NCBI GenBank assembly: GCA_965208835.1
Contig: OZ242358.1
Location: 2,368,001-2,432,000 of the forward strand
Source of the DNA: Candidatus Latescibacterota bacterium
Lineage (GTDB): Bacteria > Latescibacterota > UBA2968 > GCA-2709665
Direction of reading: 5' to 3'
DNA length: 64,000 nucleotides
Part shown: piece by piece, positions 29,358 through 38,723 of the stretch
Layout of the letters: each line of letters opens with the position of its first letter
How positions within the stretch are numbered: position 1 is the first letter of the stretch
The notes under the pieces: generated by a model
Database searches by the model: none
Seen by the model: the letters and a program-made list of their open reading frames with translations, nothing else
What the model was told of the DNA's origin: nothing
Program-made: the position numbers and the translations under genes

Positions 29358-30275
29358 TGTCATCCAGAGGAGGCCCCCCGGGCCGACGAGGGATCTACTG
29401 CAGCATCGATTCATCAGTGCGCGACTTGCACATGTCGATACCCAATAGGCAGCACAACCCCTCCTTCTAGCACACCCCTCCTTGATCGCATTCGATTTCA
29501 CGACTGACATCTCCACGTGACGTACGTAAGGGTGGGGCAGACATTCCTGTCTGCCCACGTCAGGGTTCTTCTGTGATAATGCAGATAGACATCGTAGGGG
29601 CAGGTTTCAAACCTGCCCCTGCAAATTGGATTGTCGAGCCAGCTTTGGGTCTCGTAGGCAACACTCTGTCTCATATGCATTCGATTTCCAACTCAGAGGA
29701 CTTGCCCTGTTTGTGCTGAGCTTGTCGAAGCAAGCCTGCCTGCATTGAGCTTGTCGAAATGTCGAATGGTGACCCCCGGGCCGCCGAAGGATCTACTGCA
29801 GCATCGGAGCATCCCCGCGCGCCTTGCCCGTGGCGACACCCGAGAGGCAGCATGTCCGGCTCCTGAAGCTTCAGATACTATCTGAGTGTCTGTCATTCGC
29901 CCCACCCGCCAGCCAGCACACCCCCTCCCTTTTTCCGTTCGGTTCCCCAATGATTCCCTGATCGACCTCGCGAGAGTCGTGACGTGAAGGTGGGGCGGAC
30001 ATTCCTGTCTGCCCACGTCAAGGTTCTTCTGTCGAAATGCTGAAAGACAGCGTAGGGGCAGGTTTCAAACCTGCCCCTACAGGTTGGATTGTCGAGCCAG
30101 CTTTGGGTCTTGTAGGCAATACTCTGTTTCATATGCATCGGATTTCCAACTGCCATCCAGAGGACTTGCCCTGAGCTTGTCGAAGGGTGCCCCATGGGCC
30201 GACGAAGGATCTCCTGCCGCATGGGAGCATCCTCGCACGCCTTTCACGTGTCGATTCCCGAGAGGCAGCACAACC
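29358..30275. repeat. ~2.3 tandem copies of a ~420-460-bp mosaic of REP-like palindromes (BIME-like)
   Basis: GGTGGGGCRGACATTCCTGTCTGCCCAC at 29531 and 29989; GTAGGGGCAGGTTTCAAACCTGCCCCT at 29594 and 30052; GGGCCGMCGARGGATCT three times. Confidence 0.88.
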
Positions 30276-30985
30276 GCGTTTTCTGAGTCGCTGGTTCTAC
30301 GAGGAATCCCTGATTGCTGCTCCGGAAAACGCGGTGTGTTTCGAATCTCAGTTGCGAATCCGTGCCTCATTGAGCAAGAAAACACAGGAATTCATCAAAA
30401 AATCATCATTATCGACCAACATTTCAGTGATAATCCAACAAAAATGTTTTACTTTACCGTCCGCGCTGACGCAATTTGCAACACATTCGCTGACCATAGC
30501 GTCGTTGAATCGTCCTCGAGCGCTATCGTCCGAAGATTTGAGGCTGAATGTCGTCCCGGGATACCACGGCGCTGGGAAGCACAGAGCCACCGCTGCGGTT
30601 CAATATACAACCATCAACGCCTGTTTTCAGCCCGGCGTCCCCGTCAGGCAAACCTGACTCACCGGCAATGCTCGATAGTTCTTCCCGTCGAGAAGCCGTC
30701 TTCCTCGCTTTTCTCCTACTCTACGAATTCTATCCATCCGTGACGCGAGCCGGTAGGCGCACACGTCTGCACGTGATCGGATCAATCCGTGTGCGGCGCC
30801 GGTGTGAGTTCCCATCGGCAACCTCCGCCCGCGGCAACGCTGTCCGGGAAACGCTATCACACAGAAAATCAACCGGGAAATGCCGATGTGGATTCCGCGT
30901 GCTTCCCAATCGGAATCGGGCGGTCGCATTTCGGAGCGCACCCATTCGTGTCATCGTGCAGGTAAACGAGTCATAGGAGGCAGGT

Positions 30986-33900
30986 ATGTTGCGGAGCTTG
31001 GTTGTAACCGTATCCACGGCATTCGCGCTGGTCGGTTCGACGTGGACTGGAGACGTCGGCTTTATAAGACCGCATTCCGTTTCTGCGCAGGGTGTGTCTC
31101 ATTTGGCGGTCATTCCTGAATACGTTGAGGACCTTTCCAGCCACCCGCGTTTATTGCTGGACACCAGGATCGAGACTCCTGCGCGGAACAACAGCGTACT
31201 GACCCTTCCTGAGAAGAAGGTGGGGGAAACGATGCAACTTCAACTCTTTGCGCCGGATCTGGCGGGCCAGCAGATGTTGGGTATGGGGGTTGAACTCGCG
31301 TTGCGGGGCAAGACGTTTAGCAGCTATGTCGACGACCTGTCCTATACCGGTCCTTTTCCGCTACAGCTAGAAGCGGAGGATTCGAACCTTGTCGTAGCGT
31401 CTCTGACTGCGGTGACGGTCGCAGCCAGCGGATATCTGGGGCAGATAGACCTGGAAGCGCGGGGCGAACTGACGTCGTCGGACGCGCTGACGGTGCGGTC
31501 GGCTGAGATGGCAGGCGCAGACGGGAATGTGGAGAATCTGGACGTGTCGCAAGCGGTACTGACCTTTAGGCAGGCGCCGGCGTGTCCTGGGGATTTTGAC
31601 GGGAACGGGATGGTTAACCTGGTCGATTTTCTGGCTTTTGCACGCGGCTTCGGCACGCGTTCCGGGGATGCCAATTACGATGCGCAATTAGATATGGACG
31701 GTAGCGGCGCGGTCGATCTATCGGATTTTCTGGCCTTTGCAGGCGTATTCGGCACGACGTGCGCCGTACAGGTGTCCCCTCCCGTGACCATTCCTGATGC
31801 CAACCTGCGCGCGGTGATCGAGGACAGCCTCGGGAAAGCGAGCGGTGCACCCATCACGCGTGAAGAGATGGCGACGTTGACGCGGCTCGACGCGCCGAAC
31901 ACGGGCGTTCGAGACCTGACCGGGCTCGAGCATGCGACCAACCTGACAAGGCTGGATCTTGGCACCGTGTGGCGATCCGGCGAGGGCTGGGTCAATACCA
32001 ATAGAATATCCGACTTCACGCCCCTGTCTGGCTTGACCGGACTGCGCAGGTTGGATCTTTCCGCCAATAGCATGACGGATCTGTCTGCTCTAACTGGCTT
32101 GTCCAATCTGACAAGGTTGAATCTTGCCCAAAACAGCATCTCGAACGTTTCTGCGTTGTTTTCCCTGTCAAACCTGTGGTTTCTGAATCTCTCCGAAAAC
32201 CAGTTGAGCGGATCGATCCCCGTGGAACTGGGTCGCTTGTCCAACCTGCAATGGCTGTTGCTCAACGAAAACCAGTTGAGCGGGCCGATCCCCGCGGAAC
32301 TTGGACGCCTGTCCAGTCTACGCCATCTGTTCCTCTCAGAAAATCAGCTGAGCGGGGCTATCCCCGTGGAATTGGGCAACCTGACCAACCTGGAACGGCT
32401 GTGGCTGCAAGGGAACGATTTGAGCGGGGGCATCCCTGCGGCGCTGGGCAATGTGTCCAACCTGAAATGGCTGTACCTCTCCAACAACCAGCTGACCGGG
32501 GGGGTTCCTGCGGCACTGGGCAATCTCTCCATTCTGGAAGCGCTGACCCTCTCGGGCAACGGCGGTCTTTCGGGCGCTCTGCCCGGAACATTTACACGCC
32601 TGGATAGCCTGAGCCTTCTGCATCTTGACGGCACGGGACTGTGCGCGCCAACGGATGCGGCGTTCCAGACGTGGCTGCATGGCATCGAGAACAAAAGAGG
32701 CATCGTGAACTGCGGCAGTGGGGGCAATACATTGGTGACCATTCCTGATGCCAACCTGCGCTCGGTGATCGAGGACAGCCTTGGGAAAGCAAGCGGTGCA
32801 CCGATCACGCGTGAAGAAATGGCGACGTTGACGCGGCTCGACGCGCCGAACTCGGGCGTTCGCAACCTGACCGGGCTCGAGCATGCGATCAACCTGAGAA
32901 GGTTGTACCTTAACGGCAACCAACTGAGTGGGTCGATCCCTGTAGCACTGGGTAATCTATCCAACTTGGAACGGCTGTACCTCCACGGCAACCAACTGAG
33001 TGGGTCGATCCCTGCAGCTCTGGGTAATCTGTCCAACTTGGAACGGCTGTACCTCAACGGCAACCAACTGAGTGGGTCGATCCCGGTAGCACTGAGGCAC
33101 CTGTCCAAATTGGTATTACTGGTGCTTGCCGATAATCAGCTGAGCGGTTCGATACCATTGGAACTGGCACGCATGTCCAACCTGGAATGGCTAATACTCC
33201 ATAACAACCAACTGGTCGGGCCGATTCCCATCGAACTGGGCAGCCTGTCCAGGCTGCGGGTTGTTTTTCTCTCGGGAAACCAATTGAGGGGGGCTATTCC
33301 TTCGGAATTAGGCATGCTATCCAACCTGGAACGACTTTACCTCCATAGCAATAAGTTGATTGGCGAGATCCCGGCGGCACTGGGTGATCTGTCCAACTTG
33401 AAATCGTTGAACCTCGCCGACAACGCTTTGACTGGGTCAGTCCCCGCAGCTCTGAGCAATCTTTCCAGCCTTGAAGCGCTGACCCTTTCCGGCAACGCTG
33501 ATCTATCGGGTCCTCTGCCCGGATCATTTGCACGTCTGGACAGCCTGAGCCATCTGCAACTTGACGGAACGGGTTTGTGTGCGCCGACGGACGCGACGTT
33601 CCAGACATGGCTGACGGGGCTTGAACGTAAGATCGGCGTTGTGAACTGCACCAATGGGGGTGGGAGCGGTGGTTCGGTCGCGGGCGATCGTGCGGCGCTG
33701 GAGGCGCTGTACAGAACCACCAACGGTTCTGGCTGGACAAACGGGGCAAATTGGCTCAGCAGCAGGCCGCTTGGCGAATGGCACGGGGTCACCACGGATG
33801 CCGAAGGACGTGTGACGGGGCTGCGTCTCGCCGAGAACAGACTTAGCGGGTTCATCCCTGCGGCACTGGGTAACCTGTCCAACTTGGGTGAACTGGATCT

Positions 33901-36391
33901 CCTCCGTAACCAGTTGACGGGCCGTATTCCTGCGGAACTGGGCAATCTCACGAACCTGAGGGAATTGAATTTTCACGGTAACCAATTGACGGGCGGCATC
34001 CCCGCGACTCTGGGCAGCATCCCTGGCCTGCAACGGCTACAACTAGGCTACACCCAGTTAACGGGCTCCATACCTGCGCAACTGGGCAGCCTGTCGAACC
34101 TGGAGTCGCTGGATCTTTCCCACACCCTGTTAACGGGTCGTATCCCTGCGGAGTTGGGCAATCTCACGAACCTGAAACGGCTGGATCTTCGCGGCTCGCA
34201 GTTAACGAACGAGATCCCGTCATCGTTGGGCAATCTGAGCAGTCTCCAATACCTTTATCTCTACGACAACCAGTTGACGGGCAGTATCCCTTCGGAGTTG
34301 GGCAACCTCAGCGACCTCCGATACCTGGAACTCCAGGGTAATCGGTTAAGGGGCGTGATCCCGTCGTCGCTGGGCAATCTGCGAAATCTGCGATGGCTAC
34401 GTCTAAACGGCAACCAGCTAACCGGCGCGATTCCGTCGTCACTGGGCAATCTGAGCAACCTGCAAGAGCTGCGTCTCAACGGCAATCAATTAACGGGCAG
34501 CATACCTTCGGAGTTGGGTAGGCTCACCAACCTGGAAGGGCTGTATTTGAGTGACAACGCCGGTCTTTCGGGCTCGCTGCACGCTTCGTTCACCGGTCTT
34601 CGCAACCTGAGTGAACTGAGCCTGTCCGGCACGCGGTTGTGCGCGCCGACGGACGCAGCGTTTCAGGCGTGGATGCAAGGCATTGCGAACAGACAGGGCG
34701 TAGTGAACTGCATGGACCCCGTCGCCGAGGACCGGGCGGTTTTGGTGGCGCTGTACAACGCCACGAACGGTCCCGGCTGGACGAACAGGACGAACTGGCT
34801 TAGCGACAGGCCGCTGAGCGAATGGCACGGCGTAACAACCGACACCAACGGACGAGTAACTGCGCTGGAGCTTAATCGTAACGGTTTATCGGGTGTGCTT
34901 CCATCATCTTTGGGCAACCTGTCCAAACTGCAAGAGTTATCCTTCTTCAGGAATCAGTTGAGCGGCGCGATTCCAGTGGAATTGGACAACCTGACCAACT
35001 TGAGCTTTCTGGAGCTCTCCTTTAACCAGCTATCGGGGCCGATTCCATCGTGGGTCGGCAACCTTACCAACCTGCGATTGCTAAGGCTTAGCGGCAACGA
35101 TCTATCGGGACCGATTCCGTCTTCTCTTAGCAACCTCACGGACTTAGGCTATCTGTCAGTTTTCGGTAACCGGTTATCGGGACCGATTCCGTCGTGGTTG
35201 GGCAACCTCACCAACCTAACAGGGCTGTATATTGGCAACAACGGTTTATCGGGTCCAATTCCCTCTTCTCTGGGCAACCTCACCAAGTTGACGGGTCTGG
35301 GGCTCGATGGTCTCGGGTTATCGGGTTCACTTCCCTCATGGCTGGCCAGCCTCACCAATCTGAGGGAGTTAATCCTGAGGGATAACGCGTTTTCGGGTGA
35401 GCTTCCGTCGTGGTTGGGCAACCTCACCAAACTATACAGGCTGCATCTTTCTGATAACGCGTTTTCGAGTGAGCTTCCGCCATCTATGACCAACCTCACT
35501 AACTTGGAAGTTTTGTGGCTGCATAACACACGGTTGTGCGCGCCCACGGACGCCGCGTTCCAGACGTGGCTAGAGGGCATCGAGGACAAGCTCGGCGTGG
35601 TCAACTGCGCTATGTCCAAAATGTACTGGACAGACTATACTACGGACAAGATCCAGCGCTCCAACCTCGATGGTTCCAACGTTGAGGATATTGTCATCTT
35701 AACAAAGAGATTGCGTGGTGGTCCAACGGGCATCGCGCTGGACGTGGATAGCGGCAAGATATATTGGGCGGACTATGGGACGGACAAGATTCAGCGCTCC
35801 AACCTCGATGGTTCGAATGTTGAAGACCTCGTCACGGGATTGAGTCATTCACAAGATATCGCGCTGGACACGGGTAGACGCAAGATGTACTGGACGGACT
35901 TCGGGACGGGCAAGATTCAGCGTTCCAACCTCGATGGTTCGAATGTTGAAGACCTCGTCACGGGATTACGAGGTCCATTCGGCATCGCGCTGGACGAGGA
36001 TAACGGTAAAATGTATTGGACGGACCGGAATGCTGACAAGATTCAGCGTGCCAACCTGGATGGGTCGAATGTTGAAGACCTCGTTATAACGGGATTGAGC
36101 GATCCAGTGGGCATTGCGCTGGATCTGAGTAGCGGCAAGTTGTACTGGGGGGACGATGGTGTTGGCGCCGAGAAGCTGAAGATTCAGCGTTCCAACCTAG
36201 ACGGTTCGAATGTTGAAGACCTCGTTACCACAGGATTGAGTGATCCATTTGACATTGCGCTGGATGTGGGTAACGGCAAAATGTACTGGACGAACGGTAG
36301 CAAGATCCGGCGCGCGAACCTGGACGGTTCCAACGTTGAAGATCTCGTCACGGGATTGGGTAATTCACACGGACTCGCACTTGATATTTAA
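30986..36391 (+). CDS. secreted eukaryote-like protein: cohesin-like + dockerin/EF-hand + four capped plant-type LRR blocks + YWTD (LDL-receptor class B) propeller
   Basis: RBS AGGAGG; [16 protein letters not shown]...[13 protein letters not shown]; 24-aa LxxLxLxxNQLSGxIPxxLGNL; [12 protein letters not shown] four times; KMYWTD...[13 protein letters not shown] six times. Confidence 0.92.
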   Translation: MLRSLVVTVSTAFALVGSTWTGDVGFIRPHSVSAQGVSHLAVIPEYVEDLSSHPRLLLDTRIETPARNNSVLTLPEKKVGETMQLQLFAPDLAGQQMLGMGVELALRGKTFSSYVDDLSYTGPFPLQLEAEDSNLVVASLTAVTVAASGYLGQIDLEARGELTSSDALTVRSAEMAGADGNVENLDVSQAVLTFRQAPACPGDFDGNGMVNLVDFLAFARGFGTRSGDANYDAQLDMDGSGAVDLSDFLAFAGVFGTTCAVQVSPPVTIPDANLRAVIEDSLGKASGAPITREEMATLTRLDAPNTGVRDLTGLEHATNLTRLDLGTVWRSGEGWVNTNRISDFTPLSGLTGLRRLDLSANSMTDLSALTGLSNLTRLNLAQNSISNVSALFSLSNLWFLNLSENQLSGSIPVELGRLSNLQWLLLNENQLSGPIPAELGRLSSLRHLFLSENQLSGAIPVELGNLTNLERLWLQGNDLSGGIPAALGNVSNLKWLYLSNNQLTGGVPAALGNLSILEALTLSGNGGLSGALPGTFTRLDSLSLLHLDGTGLCAPTDAAFQTWLHGIENKRGIVNCGSGGNTLVTIPDANLRSVIEDSLGKASGAPITREEMATLTRLDAPNSGVRNLTGLEHAINLRRLYLNGNQLSGSIPVALGNLSNLERLYLHGNQLSGSIPAALGNLSNLERLYLNGNQLSGSIPVALRHLSKLVLLVLADNQLSGSIPLELARMSNLEWLILHNNQLVGPIPIELGSLSRLRVVFLSGNQLRGAIPSELGMLSNLERLYLHSNKLIGEIPAALGDLSNLKSLNLADNALTGSVPAALSNLSSLEALTLSGNADLSGPLPGSFARLDSLSHLQLDGTGLCAPTDATFQTWLTGLERKIGVVNCTNGGGSGGSVAGDRAALEALYRTTNGSGWTNGANWLSSRPLGEWHGVTTDAEGRVTGLRLAENRLSGFIPAALGNLSNLGELDLLRNQLTGRIPAELGNLTNLRELNFHGNQLTGGIPATLGSIPGLQRLQLGYTQLTGSIPAQLGSLSNLESLDLSHTLLTGRIPAELGNLTNLKRLDLRGSQLTNEIPSSLGNLSSLQYLYLYDNQLTGSIPSELGNLSDLRYLELQGNRLRGVIPSSLGNLRNLRWLRLNGNQLTGAIPSSLGNLSNLQELRLNGNQLTGSIPSELGRLTNLEGLYLSDNAGLSGSLHASFTGLRNLSELSLSGTRLCAPTDAAFQAWMQGIANRQGVVNCMDPVAEDRAVLVALYNATNGPGWTNRTNWLSDRPLSEWHGVTTDTNGRVTALELNRNGLSGVLPSSLGNLSKLQELSFFRNQLSGAIPVELDNLTNLSFLELSFNQLSGPIPSWVGNLTNLRLLRLSGNDLSGPIPSSLSNLTDLGYLSVFGNRLSGPIPSWLGNLTNLTGLYIGNNGLSGPIPSSLGNLTKLTGLGLDGLGLSGSLPSWLASLTNLRELILRDNAFSGELPSWLGNLTKLYRLHLSDNAFSSELPPSMTNLTNLEVLWLHNTRLCAPTDAAFQTWLEGIEDKLGVVNCAMSKMYWTDYTTDKIQRSNLDGSNVEDIVILTKRLRGGPTGIALDVDSGKIYWADYGTDKIQRSNLDGSNVEDLVTGLSHSQDIALDTGRRKMYWTDFGTGKIQRSNLDGSNVEDLVTGLRGPFGIALDEDNGKMYWTDRNADKIQRANLDGSNVEDLVITGLSDPVGIALDLSSGKLYWGDDGVGAEKLKIQRSNLDGSNVEDLVTTGLSDPFDIALDVGNGKMYWTNGSKIRRANLDGSNVEDLVTGLGNSHGLALDI

Positions 36392-36440
36392 AGGCATATC
36401 GCCAGCAGTGCCAATGACAGTACGTGGGTCGCTTTGTCCA

Positions 36441-36563
36441 GCGCGTCTGACCACGAATGATCGGAATTGCAGACCTGCTTGGTCACCGGATGGCGCAGTG
36501 CTCGCATTCATGTCCTATCGTGACGGCAACGATGAGATCTACATGATGAATGCCAACAGGTAG
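36441..36563 (+). pseudogene. TolB-like/PD40 propeller fragment
   Basis: RLTTNDRNCRPAWSPDGAVLAFMSYRDGNDEIYMMNAN, a single isolated blade with no convincing start. Confidence 0.7.
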
Positions 36564-36679
36564 GTAGAGGTGGAGAGTATCCGCGCACGTTTGCCGCGAC
36601 GGAATAGTCTCGCCAATAATGGCACACAGGGGGGATCGGACCTGTCTATGAGGTTCGTTTTGTCAGCAAGGAGGCAGCT

Positions 36680-37489
36680 ATGGGGCATCGTCTGTTTTCA
36701 TTCGTATGTGTGGTATTTGTGTTAGCCGTCCCGGCGATTGCCGGGGACCTGACTCGTGGATTGACCATCACCGGCGGCGGGAACGCACTTGCACGGCTCA
36801 AGCTCGAGCGGGTGCAGGATGCCGCTTCTGACGACGGTGTTCTAACGTTGCGCGTATCGGTAGGGCAGACGAGAGACGTGAAGGGATACGGATTATCGCT
36901 GGCGTACGATCCTGGCAAATACGCGTTCGTGGAAGCCAGGGAATTGGACGGGAATCTGCTGAAACCGGGCGGCGGCCAGGAGACGCTGTTTCTGGCGTCG
37001 GACCGGATGTCGGGCAGGTTGGATATCGGCGCGGTGAAGGTCGACGGCGATGGCGTCAGCGGTGATGGGGAACTCGTTGAGCTCGTCTTTCAGGCCAGCG
37101 AGACGCCCGCGGCGTCTGATTTTCAGGTATCGTAGAGTGTGCTGATCGGCGTGGACGGGTCCGTCGATATGCTGACGCACGTGGAGATTGGCGATCTGAC
37201 GCCGTTGCCGGACCGGTTCGGTCTGGAACAGAATGCGCCGAACCCGTTCAACCCCGCCACGGCGATCCGGTATCAGCTTGCGGAGACTGGGGATGTGCGG
37301 CTGGCGATATACAGCGTGCTGGGGCAGGAGGTGCAGGTGCTGGTGAACGAACGGAAAGAGGCCGGCTCGTTCACGGTCACGTGGGACGGGACGGACGCGC
37401 AGGGGCATCGGGTAGCCAGTGGCATCTATCTGTATCGTCTGCAGGCGGGCGGTTTCACTGCGGCCAGACGAATGTTGTTGCTGAAATAG
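36680..37489 (+). pseudogene. signal peptide + cohesin-like + FlgD-Ig/T9SS-like CTD protein split by an in-frame TAG (37133-37135)
   Basis: ORFs 36680-37135 and 37139-37489 share a frame: ...FQVS*SVLIG...; VKGYGLSLAYDP...VSGDGELVELVF; QNAPNPFNPAT...MLLLK. RBS AAGGAGG. Confidence 0.8.
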
Positions 37490-37695
37490 ATTGGACGGAT
37501 ATTCGCAATCGCTGCGGATATCGTTGAGGTGAAGTTATGCGTTTCGCCATCAAACGGGAGGCCCTCAGGCTACGGGGAGCGAGGCCCGTTGCAATATCCT
37601 GATGGGTCCGATACCGAAAGCTCGAATACAAGCTAATTCAAAGCGTTAGAGGTTCACAGGTCAATCAGGTAGCGTCATATGGCGAATTCAATGGA

Positions 37696-37887
37696 TTACT
37701 CCTGGGATACGATCGGCTGCGCGACCTTGGAGCCTTGCCATTCACGTGACAATCTCACTTGCTCCGAATACTTCGTATTGAACGACTCCAAATAGGCAAT
37801 GTATCTACGCGAATTATGACCACATGCTTCAGTCATGGCCTTCCGGCTTTCTCGGATGCTTTCGATCAGTTCATGATATGTATCCAT
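37696..37887 (-). CDS. small protein, putative antitoxin partner of the PIN protein
   Basis: 63 aa; starts 2 nt after the PIN gene stop; ELIESIRESRKAM pattern. Confidence 0.6.
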   Translation of the reverse strand: MDTYHELIESIRESRKAMTEACGHNSRRYIAYLESFNTKYSEQVRLSREWQGSKVAQPIVSQE

Positions 37888-37889
37888 GA

Positions 37890-38357
37890 CTATTCATCTC
37901 CCATGAGTTCCAGAGGAGTTATCAACAATGGCACATAGAGCCCTAAGAGAGTGTTGATCCTGCGAATGTGCCCCATCTTGTTGGCATTGGCAAGGTGTTC
38001 GCAGTTCCAGGTCAGGAGAAAATCAAATTTGTGAAATGAGGCCAAATGTAATGCATCTCCAAGCGGATTGCGAGGCATAACTTTGCGTTCAATATACACT
38101 TCTACAATTCTGCCTGTTTCATCGTCAGGCGCGATTGCAGGCAGCGACATCGCCAGGTTGAGAGCTTGTTTTCGATGTGGCAGATTTCCGGTGTCCAATT
38201 CAGCCAGAACAGCCGTACTGGTTGCTAACAGGTAACGGTGCCGGTGACTGTCCCACCACTGGCGTGTCCAATCATGCATAGCAACTGCTGCGGGGCTGGT
38301 ACGCCGCTCGAAATAGAAGCTGAAAACCGATGTTTCAATATAGACCGTTTGAGCCAC
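37890..38357 (-). CDS. PIN-domain (VapC-like) protein
   Basis: VYIETSVFS, VLAEL, DALHLAS...DFLLTWNCEHLAN; RBS GGAGGG; lower GC than flanks. Confidence 0.88.
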   Translation of the reverse strand: MAQTVYIETSVFSFYFERRTSPAAVAMHDWTRQWWDSHRHRYLLATSTAVLAELDTGNLPHRKQALNLAMSLPAIAPDDETGRIVEVYIERKVMPRNPLGDALHLASFHKFDFLLTWNCEHLANANKMGHIRRINTLLGLYVPLLITPLELMGDE

Positions 38358-38723
38358 AGGTCAAATATCCCTCCAGTTCACTCAGTATTATCCAGGCCCG
38401 GTCTGTTCCTACATTATCGACGATTTGTATGGCATTGACAAATGGAGTTTATGTTGCTCGCTCACACGCCAATCAGTAAGAACAACAATCCCAGAGGAGG
38501 CAACCGAACCTGCTGAACGTCCGATCCTGCCATCGGATTGGGGAAGTCTCGCTGAACCGGTCTCCAGGGCTGGCGACACGACGGTGTCTTCGAAATTCAG
38601 GAAATGTGCGAGCGTACGGATCGGCATGGCTGGATCGAATCATCTGGCGAACCACGTAGAAATGATCGGGCGACGTTCCATGAACGAAATCGTCCAAGAT
38701 CCATCACCATTGGAGATTGCTGC

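Noticed and set aside
29286-30743. Short ORFs such as MGRQECLPH, GRFETCPY and PFDKLR-containing frames (also 25735-26373 and 46932-47453)
   Set aside because: They are translations of the palindromic repeats, not genes.
30720-30985. Riboswitch (c-di-GMP or cobalamin) upstream of the LRR gene or of exbB
   Set aside because: I could not find the consensus cores by eye. An Rfam scan would be needed to exclude them fully.
37133-37135. Amber recoding or pyrrolysine
   Set aside because: TAG ends many intact genes here (1235, 17067, 23698, 24974, 37489, 41477, 44133), and no pyl genes are seen.
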